This document shows positions 9,411 to 19,779 of a DNA stretch of 64,000 bases, piece after piece. How positions within the stretch are numbered: the stretch's first letter is position 1; the number at the start of each line of letters is the position of its first letter. Both the position numbers and the translations under genes were made by a program. The notes under the pieces were generated by a model. The model worked only from the letters and a program-made list of their open reading frames with translations, had not been told where the DNA came from and did not search any database. This DNA comes from Planctomycetota bacterium (lineage in GTDB: Bacteria > Planctomycetota > UBA1135 > UBA2386): contig CANMWZ010000004.1 of assembly GCA_947501605.1 (NCBI GenBank), forward strand, positions 128,001-192,000. Direction: 5' to 3'.

Positions 9411-10241
9411 TCACCCGGCTGGCGGCGGCTCGCCCGGTATTGGTTCCCCGGCGTCGCCGCGGAGTCGCTTCTTGGCTTGCTGCCAACTCGCCTCTAGCTC
9501 GTCCAAAGAGCGGGTGCGGAGGTCCGGCCCGAGTTCCTGTTCCACCGCGGCGAAACGGGCCTGGAACCGGTCGATCGTGCCGCGCAGTGCGGTCTCTGGT
9601 TCTTGCCCGAGGTGACGGGCGAGGTTGCAGATGCTGAACAGGAGGTCGCCGAGCTCGCTGCCGATCGCTTGGCGGTCGCCGCTGGCGACGGCCTCGTCGA
9701 GTTCGCGCAGCTCCTCGTCAATCTTGGCCCGGGGGCCGATCGCGTCTGGCCAGTCGAAGCCGACCCGCGCCGCCTTCTCGCCGATGCGCAGCGCCCGCAG
9801 GAGCGCTGGCATGGCGGTGGGGACGCCGCTGAGCGCCGAGGTTGCCTTGCCTTGGGCGCGCCGCTCCTCGCGCTTGGACGCTTCCCAGCCGCCGTAGGCA
9901 TGGTCGCTGCCGTGTGCTGCGCGATCGCCAAAGACGTGCGGGTGACGATGCACCAGCTTGTCAGCGGCAGCGGTCGCCACCGCGTCCAGGTCAAACGCTG
10001 CGCGCTCCTGCGCGATCTGCGCGATCATCGCGACGTTGATGAGTACGTCGCCGAGCTCGTCGCGAGCGTTGCGGTCGTCGCCCGTGCGCAGCGCGTCGAG
10101 CGCTTCGTAGGCTTCTGCCAACAGGTGCGGAGCCATCGAGGCCGTCGTCTGCTCCCGATCCCACGGACACCCATCGGGAGCGCGCAGGCGAGCCACGACG
10201 GCAGCGAGGCGGGCCACAGCAGGGAGCTCGCGGGCGTTCAT
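9411..10241 (-). CDS. mazG: Nucleoside triphosphate pyrophosphohydrolase MazG
   Basis: LRAPDGCPWDREQT, DELGD, KLVHRHPHVFG, GFDWP, ELGDLLF. Confidence 0.93.
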   Translation of the reverse strand: MNARELPAVARLAAVVARLRAPDGCPWDREQTTASMAPHLLAEAYEALDALRTGDDRNARDELGDVLINVAMIAQIAQERAAFDLDAVATAAADKLVHRHPHVFGDRAAHGSDHAYGGWEASKREERRAQGKATSALSGVPTAMPALLRALRIGEKAARVGFDWPDAIGPRAKIDEELRELDEAVASGDRQAIGSELGDLLFSICNLARHLGQEPETALRGTIDRFQARFAAVEQELGPDLRTRSLDELEASWQQAKKRLRGDAGEPIPGEPPPAG

Positions 10242-10265
10242 GGGCAGGAGGCTAGCGCGGCGATC

Positions 10266-10425
10266 GCCAAGTTCGCACTCCATGTCGCAGGCCCCGCCCG
10301 CCGTGGACGCCGTTGCGGCTCTGCCACGTGTTCGCCGCCAAGCCGTGTCGTCGCGGCGCTTGCGCACGACGCGCGGCACTGGCCGAGATGGAACCCAATC
10401 TTCGCCGTCACCAATCGAGCGACGG
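10266..10425. repeat. Interspersed ~160-bp intergenic repeat, copy A (MITE/REPIN-like)
   Basis: Collinear with 32696-32858: AGTTCGCACTC-nATGTCGC, CCGTGTCGTCGCGGCGC-TTGC, GCCGA-ATGG, CTTCG, CACCAA-TCGA. Confidence 0.65.
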
Positions 10426-10533
10426 GGCCACGGAAACGGTTGGCGCGGTCTTCGGATTGACCTATCGTGCTCGCCTTCATTCGACCCGTAGCGCCCGAGT
10501 GCCCATCGCCTGGGCGACCCAAGGACCAAGATC

Positions 10534-11133
10534 ATGGCTTTCGAACTTCCCCCGCTGCCCTACTCCAGCGACGCGCTGAGCCCGCACCTCACCGCCGAGA
10601 CGTTGTCTTTCCATCACGGCAAGCATCACAACGCCTACGTCACGAACCTCAACAACCTCGCCAAGGGGACCGAGTTCGAGACCAAGTCGCTCGAAGAGGT
10701 GATCAAGCTGACGGCGGGCAAGTCGGACAAGGCCGGCCTGTTCAACAACGCCGCGCAGATCTGGAACCACACGTTCTATTGGCACTCGATGAAGCCACAG
10801 GGCGGCGGCAAGCCGACCGGTGCGATCGCGCAGAAGATCGATGCCGACTTCGGCAGCTACGAGAAGTTCGTCGAAGCGTTCAGCCAGGCCGGTGCGACGC
10901 AGTTCGGCAGCGGCTGGGCTTGGCTCGTGCTCGACGGTGGCAAACTGAAGGTCACCAAGACGCCCAACGCCGAGACGCCGCTGTCGACGTCGGCCACTCC
11001 GCTCCTCACGATGGACGTCTGGGAGCACGCCTACTACATCGACTTCCGCAACCGGCGCCCGGACTACATCAAGGTGTTCCTCGAACACCTGGTGAACTGG
11101 GACTTCGCCAACAAGAACCTCGCCGGCAAGTGA
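10534..11133 (+). CDS. sodB: Superoxide dismutase [Fe]
   Basis: [20 protein letters not shown] (Fe-type AAQ), [16 protein letters not shown]. Confidence 0.93.
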   Translation: MAFELPPLPYSSDALSPHLTAETLSFHHGKHHNAYVTNLNNLAKGTEFETKSLEEVIKLTAGKSDKAGLFNNAAQIWNHTFYWHSMKPQGGGKPTGAIAQKIDADFGSYEKFVEAFSQAGATQFGSGWAWLVLDGGKLKVTKTPNAETPLSTSATPLLTMDVWEHAYYIDFRNRRPDYIKVFLEHLVNWDFANKNLAGK

Positions 11134-11185
11134 GCCAGCAGAGCGGCTCGCGCGAGCGTCTTCGCCGCACGAACGGCCTGCCGAC

Positions 11186-11989
11186 TTGCGCGTGACCTCG
11201 CCAGCCTCGAACGAACGGAAGCCGCAACTGTTGTCCGGTTGCGTCATCAGCTTCCAAGAAGAGGACCGCATCGCAGACTGCGTGCGGTCCTTGTCCTTCT
11301 GCGACGAAGTCGTGGTCGTGGACAGCGGCAGCACGGATCGCACGCGCGCGATCGCCGAAGAACTCGGCGCGCGTGTCTTGGTCAACCGGCCGTTCCCGGG
11401 TCACAAGGAACAGAAGCAGTGGTGCATCGAGCAGGCTCGACACGATTGGGTCTTCTGTCTCGATGCCGACGAGCGGGCGACGCCGGAACTGCAGCAGGCG
11501 GTCCAATCGCTGCGGGATCGTGGCGAACTCAGAAGCGCGGGCTACGAGATGCCGCGCAAGAACCACTATCTCGGCCGCATCTGTCGCGCCGGTCTGTTCT
11601 GGCCCGATCGCAAGATCCGGTTGTTCGACCGCCGTCTCGCCAGGTGGGGCGGCACCAACCCTCACGATCGGGTCGAGTTGCACGGCGATGCCGCGCCAGA
11701 GCGCCTCGACGCGGCGATCGAGCACCTCAGCTACCGCGACCTGCGACACCACCTGCGCACGATCGATTCGTTTACCAGGATCGCCGCGCGCGCCATGCAA
11801 CAGGAAGGCCGACGGACCAACGTGTTCGACCTCCTGGTGCGACCGCCAAGCGTGTTCGTGAAGAGTCTCGTCATCAAGTTCGGGATTCGCGATGGCTGGC
11901 GCGGCGTCCTGATCGCCGCGCTCGCGGCGTACACGGACTGGTTGAAGTACTGGCGCCTGTTTCGCCTGCCGCGACGAGGTGCGTCGTGA
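11186..11989 (+). CDS. GT2 glycosyltransferase (WaaE/KdtX-like LPS beta-1,4-glucosyltransferase)
   Basis: EEDRIADC, VVDSGSTDRT, WVFCLDADE, WPDRKIRLF, DGWRG. Confidence 0.85.
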   Translation: MRVTSPASNERKPQLLSGCVISFQEEDRIADCVRSLSFCDEVVVVDSGSTDRTRAIAEELGARVLVNRPFPGHKEQKQWCIEQARHDWVFCLDADERATPELQQAVQSLRDRGELRSAGYEMPRKNHYLGRICRAGLFWPDRKIRLFDRRLARWGGTNPHDRVELHGDAAPERLDAAIEHLSYRDLRHHLRTIDSFTRIAARAMQQEGRRTNVFDLLVRPPSVFVKSLVIKFGIRDGWRGVLIAALAAYTDWLKYWRLFRLPRRGAS

Positions 11990-13158
11990 CGTTCGCTCGT
12001 TCGGCGCGGATCCTGCACCTGTTCGCCAACTACAAGTGGACGGGTCCGGCGGATCCTGCGATTCGTGCGGCCGCGCGCCTCCGCGAACGCGGACTCGACG
12101 TGGTGTTCGCGCAGGCAGGCTTTGTGCACCAGGGTGGCGAGCACTGGATGGCCGAACAGTTCGAGCGCTGGCGGCTGCCGGTGGTCACCGGTCTCGAACT
12201 GCGCAAGCACTTCCATGTGCGGTCCCTGCTGCGCGACACCGCGACGCTGCGAGCGATGCTCGTGCGCGATCACATCGATCTCGTCCATTGCCATCTGCCG
12301 GCGGATCATCTGCTGGCGACGCTGGCGTGCCGTCGGCTCGCGCGTCCTGTAGTCGTCGTGCGCTCGCTGTACGATCCCGACCCGCCCGCCCGCGGGCTTC
12401 GCGAACGGTTTGCCTTTGCGCGCACGCACGGCGTGATTGCTCCTACCCGCAGCGTCGGTGCGGCGTTGACGGCGCGCCATGGCCTCGATCGCGCGCAGGT
12501 GCTCGTGCAAGAGCCGGTGACCGAGCCGCGTTTGCAGGACGGTCAAGACCTGCGCCACGAATGGGGGCTCTTGCCGCATCATCGCCTCGTCGGCATCACC
12601 GCGCGGGTGCAGCCGCACCGTCGCTTCGAACTGCTCTGGGCGGTGGCAAAGCTGGTGACGACAGCGATGCCCGACGCGCGCTTCGTGCTGCTGGGTCGCG
12701 GCAACGAGCAAGACATGGCGAGCCTGGTGCTGGAACCCGTGCGCCGGCTCGGTCTCTACGAGCACGTGCTGCTGCCCGGTTACCAGAAGGCCGAGCGCTA
12801 CGACTGCGCGCTGCGCAGTCTCGATGCCTTCCTGTTCCTCGTGCCGGGCAGCGATGGGACGTGTCGCGCGGTGCGCGATGCGATGGCGTTCGCCGTTCCG
12901 GTGGTGTCGACCCAGCGTGGGATTCTGAAGGAGCTGTTCGCGGTCGGCTCGGCAAACGCGGGCGGCGTGGCCGTCGCGGAGACCGCGGAAGCACTGGCGG
13001 AGGCGCTGCTGCAGTGGCTTCGAGACGACGATTTGCGGAGCCGCGTCGCGATGGCAGCGCTGCGGCGAACACGCGACGAGATGGATCCGGTGCTCGCCGC
13101 GCACCGGCTGGAAGCGTTCTATGCGCAGTTGCTCAGCCAGCGCGAGGTTGGCAGTTGA
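11986..13158 (+). CDS. GT4 glycosyltransferase
   Basis: GTGA overlap with the upstream stop. KWTGPADPA, PGSDGTCRAVRDAMA-VPVV. Confidence 0.82.
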   Translation: MTFARSARILHLFANYKWTGPADPAIRAAARLRERGLDVVFAQAGFVHQGGEHWMAEQFERWRLPVVTGLELRKHFHVRSLLRDTATLRAMLVRDHIDLVHCHLPADHLLATLACRRLARPVVVVRSLYDPDPPARGLRERFAFARTHGVIAPTRSVGAALTARHGLDRAQVLVQEPVTEPRLQDGQDLRHEWGLLPHHRLVGITARVQPHRRFELLWAVAKLVTTAMPDARFVLLGRGNEQDMASLVLEPVRRLGLYEHVLLPGYQKAERYDCALRSLDAFLFLVPGSDGTCRAVRDAMAFAVPVVSTQRGILKELFAVGSANAGGVAVAETAEALAEALLQWLRDDDLRSRVAMAALRRTRDEMDPVLAAHRLEAFYAQLLSQREVGS

Positions 13159-14240
13159 CGGTGGCGCCCTTGGCTGCAGCCGACATTGCGGCGATCGACC
13201 ACGTCTGGCAGTGCGTGCTGGCGACGGGGCGCTTGCCCGCCGCTTCGCTTCTGGTGCGCGAACGGCTGGTGCGTCAGGTCGCCCGCATCGAGTTGCCGTC
13301 CGGCCCGGCCTTCGCCAAGGCGATGTCGTTTCCGCGCACCAAGGACAAGCTCCGCTACGCGCTGCGCGCGCTGCCGTCGACCCGCGAAGCTGCCATGCTC
13401 GCGCTGGTTCGTGGCCTCGGGCTGCCGTGCCCCGACGTGCTCGGGGTCCACGCCGCCCGCCGCGGGCTGCTGCCGTTTCGGTCGCTGCTCGTGCTGCGGG
13501 CCCTCGACGTCGGTGTCGAGCGCGGCGATGCCGTTCAGCGATTGTGCGCCCGGGCCGCGATTGCGGCGCGCCTTGCCGACCACGGTCTGCTGCACACGGA
13601 CCTGAATCCCGACAACTTCGTGCCCCTCGTCGACGGTCGCCTGGCCGTGATCGACGTGCAGTCGATGCAGCGCTCGCGGGATCGACGCCAGGCCAAGGCG
13701 GAGATGGCGGCAAGGCTGCTGGCCGAGGCCGGGGACCTGCCGCCGCTGGTCGCGCGCGAGGTGCTCGCTGCCGCGGGGCTCGTGGCGATCAACGACGAGC
13801 GTGTTCTCGCGATGGCGACGGACCTGATGGCCGCGTGGCTCCGCACCCGCGCGCGGCGCTGCTTGCAGGGTAGTACGGAGTTCGAGGTGCATCGCATCGG
13901 CCTCGTCGGCGTCGAACACCGCCACCGCGGCGACTTGCCTCCTGGTCGATGGATCGACGCTGGCCGCGATGGGCTGGTGGTCTGGCTCGGCCAGCGCGCG
14001 CTCGAGATCGTCGAACGAAGTGCCCCTGTGTTTGTCGCCTTGCGGCGATCGCGCCTGCCGCTCGGCAGGGGCTGCTCGCTATTCGTGCGGAGCAGTCTCG
14101 AAGGCAGCGCGGTGGCGGCGGCGCGAACGGCGGCGAGCACCGCCTTTGCTCGGCACCGCTGGCTGTTTGCCCGGGGCGCGCGGCCTGCGCTCGTGGAACT
14201 GCAGCGGCTGCGCCAGCTGCAGACAGAGCCGCTGCGTTAG
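13155..14240 (+). CDS. Lipopolysaccharide kinase (Kdo/WaaP/InaA-like)
   Basis: TTGA overlap. FAK, REAAML..GLPCP, HTDLNPDNF catalytic loop, LAVID. Confidence 0.7.
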   Translation: MTVAPLAAADIAAIDHVWQCVLATGRLPAASLLVRERLVRQVARIELPSGPAFAKAMSFPRTKDKLRYALRALPSTREAAMLALVRGLGLPCPDVLGVHAARRGLLPFRSLLVLRALDVGVERGDAVQRLCARAAIAARLADHGLLHTDLNPDNFVPLVDGRLAVIDVQSMQRSRDRRQAKAEMAARLLAEAGDLPPLVAREVLAAAGLVAINDERVLAMATDLMAAWLRTRARRCLQGSTEFEVHRIGLVGVEHRHRGDLPPGRWIDAGRDGLVVWLGQRALEIVERSAPVFVALRRSRLPLGRGCSLFVRSSLEGSAVAAARTAASTAFARHRWLFARGARPALVELQRLRQLQTEPLR

Positions 14241-14264
14241 CGCGATGGCGTTCGCGCGCTTCTG

Positions 14265-15356
14265 CTATCGCGATTGGCGCAATCGTGCTGCGAGGACTGC
14301 GATCTGCACCGCATTGGTCGCCGCACCCTTGCGCAATTGGTCGCCGCAGATGAGTAGCGCAAACGTGCGCGACGTGCCGTCTTGCTGCACCTCGGCCGCA
14401 GGGTCGCGACGGATCCTGCCAACCAGCACTTCGTCGCGAAAGGCGGCCTTCAGCGGCGTCGGGAAAGCGTTGTTCTTGCGGTCGTCGATGACGATCAGTC
14501 CCGGCGCCAGTTGGAGCGCGCGCCGAAGTTCGGCCTCGCTCGCCGCGCGTCGCAGAGTGACGCGCACCGACTCCGTGTGAGCTCGTAGCACCGGCACGCG
14601 AATGCAGGTCGGCGACACCCGCAGCGATGGTGCGTCCCAGATCTTGCGGGTCTCGTCGATGATCTTCTGCTCTTCGCCATTGACGCCGGTGTCGAGGCCG
14701 ACGTCGGAGTCGTGGCTGAAGAGGTTGAAGGCACACGGTTCGTGGAACAGGCGCGGGGACAAGTCCTCGCCGCGCAGCGCGCGCGCGGTCTGTTCGCGCA
14801 GTTCCTCCATCGCTGCGAGACCCTTGCCGGATACCGCCTGATAGGTCGAGACGACAATCTCCTCGATGCCAAACGCCGCGCGCAGTGGCTCGAGTGCCAT
14901 GACCAGCAGGATGGTCGAGCAATTCGGATTGGCGATGAGTCCGCGATGGCCGCGCAGCGTCGCGCCATTGACTTCGGGGACGCACAGTGGCACGCCGGCT
15001 TCGAGCCGAAACGCCGACGAGTTGTCGATCAACAAGCAGTCCGTGCCCTGCGCCAGTTGGCGAGCCGCCAGCGCCGTAGCCGCGTCGGCGCACACGATCG
15101 CAACGCCGCCGTCGACGAAGAGATCTTGCCGCAGCGCGGTCACTTCGAGCCGCGAATCGCCGTAGGACAACATCGAGCCGACCGAACGTTCGCTGCCGAC
15201 GACGACCAGCGAAGTCGCCGGCACGGCAGCGTGCTGCAAGATCGACAGCACTTCGTTCCCGACCGCCCCGGTAGCGCCGACGACGACGATGCGCTTGAAC
15301 GGACGCAGTGCCGCGCTGGTGATCAGAAGGTTGTCGCGTCGGTCAGTGGGCGTCAC
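14265..15356 (-). CDS. asd: Aspartate-semialdehyde dehydrogenase
   Basis: VVGATGAVG, IDNSSAFR, ANPNCST, STYQAVSGKG, CIRVPVLRAH, DQLRKGAATNAVQIA. Confidence 0.95.
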   Translation of the reverse strand: MTPTDRRDNLLITSAALRPFKRIVVVGATGAVGNEVLSILQHAAVPATSLVVVGSERSVGSMLSYGDSRLEVTALRQDLFVDGGVAIVCADAATALAARQLAQGTDCLLIDNSSAFRLEAGVPLCVPEVNGATLRGHRGLIANPNCSTILLVMALEPLRAAFGIEEIVVSTYQAVSGKGLAAMEELREQTARALRGEDLSPRLFHEPCAFNLFSHDSDVGLDTGVNGEEQKIIDETRKIWDAPSLRVSPTCIRVPVLRAHTESVRVTLRRAASEAELRRALQLAPGLIVIDDRKNNAFPTPLKAAFRDEVLVGRIRRDPAAEVQQDGTSRTFALLICGDQLRKGAATNAVQIAVLAARLRQSR

Positions 15357-16569
15357 GGTCGTCTCCGTCGTCGGTCTGCTCGGTCAAGCTACGTGGCAAG
15401 GGAGCTGCAGCCGCTTCAGTGTCGCCGGTCGCGGTGGCGATGGCGATCGCTTGGTCGAGATCGTCGAGCAGATCGCGGACGTCTTCGATGCCGATGCTGA
15501 GGCGCACGAGATCCAGACCGAGATCGCGATCCGTTCGCGCGGCGGTCGGGATGCTCTTGTGCGACATGCTGCACGGCAGACTGACCGAGGACTGAACGCC
15601 GCCGAAGCTGACAGCGATGCGGAACAGCCGCAGGTTCTCGACCAAGCGCTTGCTCACGCGGTCGTCGCCGGTCGTGAACGAGATCACGGCACCTGGCCCC
15701 GAGGCTTGGTTCTTGTGCACGGCCGCCGTCTTGTGGCCCGCGAGTCCCGGGAACAGCACACGCGCGATGCCGCGACGTCGCGTGAGCCATTCGGCCACGC
15801 GCTGGGCACTCTGCTGTTGACGATCGAGTCGCAACGACAGGGTCTGCACGCTGCGGAGCAGCAAGAAGGAGTCGAACGGCGACAGCGCCGTGCCCTCGGC
15901 GTTTTGCAGGAACGCCAGTTGTCGGGCTAGGTGCTCGTCACGCACCGTGACGACACCCGCAGTCAGATCGCCGTGGCCGCCGAGGTACTTGGTCGCCGAG
16001 TGCACCACGAAGTCGGCGCCGAGTCGCAGCGGTTGCTGCAAGTAGGGACTGACCGCGGTGGCATCGACGCACAGCCGGGCGCCGCGTTCGTGAGCGAGGC
16101 GCGCGAGCAGTCGCAGGTCACAGGCAAAGAGCAGCGGATTGCTCAACGACTCACAGAACACGAGCTTGGTCGCGGCTGTGATCGAGGCGGTAGCGCTCGC
16201 TGTCGTCGACAAGTCGGCGAAGCGAACGCGGATGCCGCGCGGTTCGAGCACCTTGCAGAACAGCCGCCACGAGCCGCCATACACGTCGTCATGCGCCAAC
16301 AATTCGTCGCCTGGAACGAGCAGGCGGGTGACCGCGGTGACCGCGGCGAGGCCGCTGCCGTAAGCGAGCGCGTGACCGCCGCCTTCGAGCTGCGCGAGGT
16401 GGCGTTCGAGTGCGTGGCGCGTGGGATTGCCGCTGCGCGAGTAGTCGTACTGCGAGAACTCGGTGGCCGAGTCCTGCGCGAACGTCGCAGTCTGGTAGAT
16501 CGGCACGGCGGTAGCTCGATGCGGATCGGACGTGGCGTCGATGCGCGCAATCCTGGTGCGGGTTCTCAC
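15343..16569 (-). CDS. metC: PLP trans-sulfuration enzyme, cystathionine beta-lyase-like
   Basis: [55 protein letters not shown] overlap with the upstream gene. Confidence 0.75.
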   Translation of the reverse strand: MRTRTRIARIDATSDPHRATAVPIYQTATFAQDSATEFSQYDYSRSGNPTRHALERHLAQLEGGGHALAYGSGLAAVTAVTRLLVPGDELLAHDDVYGGSWRLFCKVLEPRGIRVRFADLSTTASATASITAATKLVFCESLSNPLLFACDLRLLARLAHERGARLCVDATAVSPYLQQPLRLGADFVVHSATKYLGGHGDLTAGVVTVRDEHLARQLAFLQNAEGTALSPFDSFLLLRSVQTLSLRLDRQQQSAQRVAEWLTRRRGIARVLFPGLAGHKTAAVHKNQASGPGAVISFTTGDDRVSKRLVENLRLFRIAVSFGGVQSSVSLPCSMSHKSIPTAARTDRDLGLDLVRLSIGIEDVRDLLDDLDQAIAIATATGDTEAAAAPLPRSLTEQTDDGDDRDAH

Positions 16570-18314
16570 GACGCCAACTCCTGCAGTGAAGCGGGCGCAG
16601 GGTGCTTCTCGCGTTCCCGCCGGAGGTCGAGCAGGTCGGCGAGCACGGCCTCGGCCGTGGGCCAACGCCCCGCCCCGCGACCGCTGCAGCGGAACTCGGC
16701 GCCGTCCTGGCAACGCACGACCGCCCCGCATTGATCGGGCTGCAGGAAGCCGAGTTCGTGCGACTCGGTGAGCAGCTTCGGGTTCGTGCGCAGCGCCACG
16801 CGATCGCCGTCGCCACTGGGCTGTACCGACAGGCGCGCGACGAGTCGAATGCGCCCGCGGCCGAGGCCGGCGGCGAGCAGGTCGTGTGGGGCAGCGGCCG
16901 CCACGCCGCGAACTTCGACCGCGGATCGGTCGAACCACCGGCCGAACGCAGCGTGGGCGCACAGGCACAACTTGTCCGCGGCGTCGCTGCCGTCGAGGTC
17001 GAGGGTGGGGTCGGCCTCGGCGAGTCCCAGGGCGTAGGCAGCACGAGCCGCTTCGTCTTCCGAGAGTCCTTCGGCTCTGCGGTCGAGCACGAAGCTCGAG
17101 GTCGCGTTGAGCACGGCCGCGATGGCGACGATCGGGCCGTGCGCCCGCGCGCGAGCGATGGTCTCGAGGACCGGGACCGCGCCGCCGACGGCGGCAGCGA
17201 AGCGCAGTTCGGCCCCGGCGCGGATTGCCGTCGCGAACAGTTCCTCGCCGTGCCGCGCGAGCACAGCCTTGTTGGCGGTCACGACCGGAATGCCGCGCGA
17301 CAGCGCTTCGTGGATGCACGAGCGCGCGGGCTCGAGGCCACCGAGGAGTTCGACGACGAGGTCGCACGGTGCGGCGAGCGCTTCGTTCACGTCGGGGACG
17401 AGCAGCGACAGCGGCACGCCGGTGTCGGCGGCGCGGCGCACGTTGCGCACCGCGACCTTGGTCACGGTGAACCACTGCGGCAGGGCCTCGAGGCTCTTGT
17501 AGACGCCGAGCCCGATGCTGCCGAGACCGAGCAGGACGACGCGCAGCGGCGGCAATGGCTGCGCATCGGGCGCGCCGAGGCGCGAGGTCCTCGTGCCGAC
17601 GAGGGTCACCTCGTCGCGGTTCTCGGTCGCGACCTCGAACTCGAGGTCGTGCACTTCTGCATACCGAACTGCTTTGTGCTGCACGATGCGGCCATCGAGG
17701 GACAGGGCATCGTCGTAGCGGATGGTCAGAAACGGCCTCGCGAGCGGTCCGGGCCGTTGCGGGTCGCGTTCGTAGAGCCCGCGCACGTCTTTGACCAAGC
17801 GGCAGCGCGCCGAGAGCGCACGCGCGAGGAATAGCGCGGTGAAGTCGGAGCCGCCGCGGCCGAGCAACGTGGTGCGGCCGCTGTGGTCGAGGCCGACGAA
17901 GCCGGGGACGACGACCACGGGAACGCATTCGAGCAGCGACCGCAGCGCCGAGGCATCGACCGACTCGGGCTCGGCGTCGAGCAGGCTCGAGTGGGTGCGG
18001 AGCCGTATGCGCGCCGCGTCGGCCACTTCGCACGGCAGACCGGCGCGGTGCACCGCCAGGGCGAGCAGCGCGGCGCTGGTCTGTTCGCCGGTCGCTAGCA
18101 AGGCCGCATACGCGGACGGAAGGGGCTCGTGGTCGTAGCCGCGGGCCTGGGCCGCGAGCGCATCGGTCGTGCCGTGAAGCGCCGAGACCACGGCGACAAC
18201 GCGGTAGCCGCGGCGAACGTGGCGGTAGATCTCGTGCACGGCGCGCGCGATCGAGGTCTCGTCGCGGAGGACCGAGCCACCGAACTTCAACACCAGGATC
18301 TGGGACTCAGCCAC
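16566..18314 (-). CDS. Aspartate kinase-homoserine dehydrogenase fusion without ACT domains (MetL-like)
   Basis: VLKFGGSVL, LATGE, TTLLGRGGSDFTA, KDVRG; then LLGLGSIG, VVTANKA, VLNATS, AEADPTLDLDGSDAADK, GAGRWPTA. Confidence 0.88.
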   Translation of the reverse strand: MAESQILVLKFGGSVLRDETSIARAVHEIYRHVRRGYRVVAVVSALHGTTDALAAQARGYDHEPLPSAYAALLATGEQTSAALLALAVHRAGLPCEVADAARIRLRTHSSLLDAEPESVDASALRSLLECVPVVVVPGFVGLDHSGRTTLLGRGGSDFTALFLARALSARCRLVKDVRGLYERDPQRPGPLARPFLTIRYDDALSLDGRIVQHKAVRYAEVHDLEFEVATENRDEVTLVGTRTSRLGAPDAQPLPPLRVVLLGLGSIGLGVYKSLEALPQWFTVTKVAVRNVRRAADTGVPLSLLVPDVNEALAAPCDLVVELLGGLEPARSCIHEALSRGIPVVTANKAVLARHGEELFATAIRAGAELRFAAAVGGAVPVLETIARARAHGPIVAIAAVLNATSSFVLDRRAEGLSEDEAARAAYALGLAEADPTLDLDGSDAADKLCLCAHAAFGRWFDRSAVEVRGVAAAAPHDLLAAGLGRGRIRLVARLSVQPSGDGDRVALRTNPKLLTESHELGFLQPDQCGAVVRCQDGAEFRCSGRGAGRWPTAEAVLADLLDLRREREKHPAPASLQELAS

Positions 18315-19545
18315 GATCCACCTCCGCCGAGAGGCTCGACGCGGCATCGGATCCGGCGAACGCGCACGCGCACGCGTGTTCGAGATCCGCCTCGACATCG
18401 ACGGGATCCTCGAGCCCGACCGAGAGCCGGATCAGGCCCGGCGAGATCCCGAGGCGTTCTCGTTCGGCCAGCGGAACGTCGCCGTGCGTCATGGTCGCGG
18501 GGTGGGTGACGAGCGTCTCGACCGCGCCGAGGCTCTCGGCCAAGGTGCACAACTCGAGGGACTCGACCACGCGCCGCGCACCGTCGAATCCACCGCGAAC
18601 CTCGAACGCAACGACGTTGCCGTGAAGCGGGCCCGAACCATCGACCGAGCCGTGCTGGCGTTCGGCGAGTTCGCGCTGCGGGAACGACGCGAGTCCGGGG
18701 TAGCGAACCGACTCCGTGAACTCGCTCCGTTCGAGGAAGCGCGCGACACGCAGCGCATTCTCGCTCTGCTTCCTGGCGCGCAGCGGCAGCGTCCGCAGGC
18801 CGCGCAACGTGAGCCACGCGTCGTGCGGCGCTTGGATCGAGCCAACCGTCTTGCGCACGAAGCGCAAACGCTCGAGCAACTCTTCGTCGCGGCTGGTGAT
18901 CGCGCCGCCGATCGCACTGTTGTGCCCTTCGATCAACTTGGTGGTCGAGTAGAGGCTGACGTGGGCGCCGAGTTCGAGCGGGCGCAGGATCACCGGCGTG
19001 AGGAACGTGTTGTCGACGGCGAGCACGACCGATCGGCGCTTCGTCACCGCGGCAACGGCTGCGAGGTCGCAGAGCTGCAAGGTCGGGTTGGCGGGGGTCT
19101 CGACGAACACGAGCTTGGTCGAAGGTTCGATCGCGCGATCGAGAGCCGCGAGGTCCTTCGCGTCGACGAAGGTCGAGCGGATCCCGAGACCGGCGAGCAG
19201 TTGGCGCAGGAGGCGCACCGTGCCGCCGTAGACGACATCGGCGACGACGACATGGTCGCCGCTGCGGCACAGAGCGAGGAACAGGGCCGTCTCGGCAGCG
19301 AGTCCGGATGCGAAGCAAACCGACGGGGGCGCGTGCTCGATCGCACCGAGGGCGCGTTCGAGGGCACTAACGGTTGGATTGCTGGCCCGGGAGTAGGTGT
19401 GGCCGCGGTTCTCGCCGAGGCGCGGTTGGTGGAAGGTGGTCGACTGAACGATCGGGGGGACGATCGCACCGGTGGTGGGATCGGCCTCACCGCCGCCGCG
19501 CACCGCGCGGGTCGATTCGCCGAACTGGGGTTGCAGGTTCGCCAT
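18307..19545 (-). CDS. metB: PLP trans-sulfuration enzyme, cystathionine gamma-synthase-like
   Basis: DPTTGAIVPPIVQSTTF, YSRASNPT, ETPANP, VDNTF, STTKLIEGHN, AESLGAVETL, IRLSVGLE. Confidence 0.8.
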   Translation of the reverse strand: MANLQPQFGESTRAVRGGGEADPTTGAIVPPIVQSTTFHQPRLGENRGHTYSRASNPTVSALERALGAIEHAPPSVCFASGLAAETALFLALCRSGDHVVVADVVYGGTVRLLRQLLAGLGIRSTFVDAKDLAALDRAIEPSTKLVFVETPANPTLQLCDLAAVAAVTKRRSVVLAVDNTFLTPVILRPLELGAHVSLYSTTKLIEGHNSAIGGAITSRDEELLERLRFVRKTVGSIQAPHDAWLTLRGLRTLPLRARKQSENALRVARFLERSEFTESVRYPGLASFPQRELAERQHGSVDGSGPLHGNVVAFEVRGGFDGARRVVESLELCTLAESLGAVETLVTHPATMTHGDVPLAERERLGISPGLIRLSVGLEDPVDVEADLEHACACAFAGSDAASSLSAEVDRG

Positions 19546-19675
19546 GACGTGGGGGTTCCAGGTGCATCGCGAACTGCTGGCTGCACAGGGAACCTCGGCG
19601 ACACGGAACGACCGCGCCGTGGGCGCGGAGGTGCTCGTTTTTGCTCGTCACCACACCGACATCGGAGTGGGCTCG

Positions 19676-19779
19676 CCGCATCGTTCCCCTGGCGGGGCTG
19701 GCCTCGGCACCGCGGCCTGTAGGAACAGGCTCGGTTGCCGCCCGGGTTGCACGAAGGCTCACCGGGACTCGGGATGCGG
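19676..19779 (-). ncRNA. SAM-I-superfamily riboswitch (variant)
   Basis: P1 CCGCAUC/GAUGCGG, AUCCCGAG, P2 CCCGG/CCGGG, GGCAACC...GGUGCC, P4 CCCC/GGGG. Lies 130 nt upstream of the Met operon. Confidence 0.85.

Noticed and set aside
16570..18033. N-terminal extension of the 896-aa ORF onto the metC-like gene
   Set aside because: It is an alternative frame over AK-HSDH; the GTGA overlap at 16566-16569 gives a natural start.
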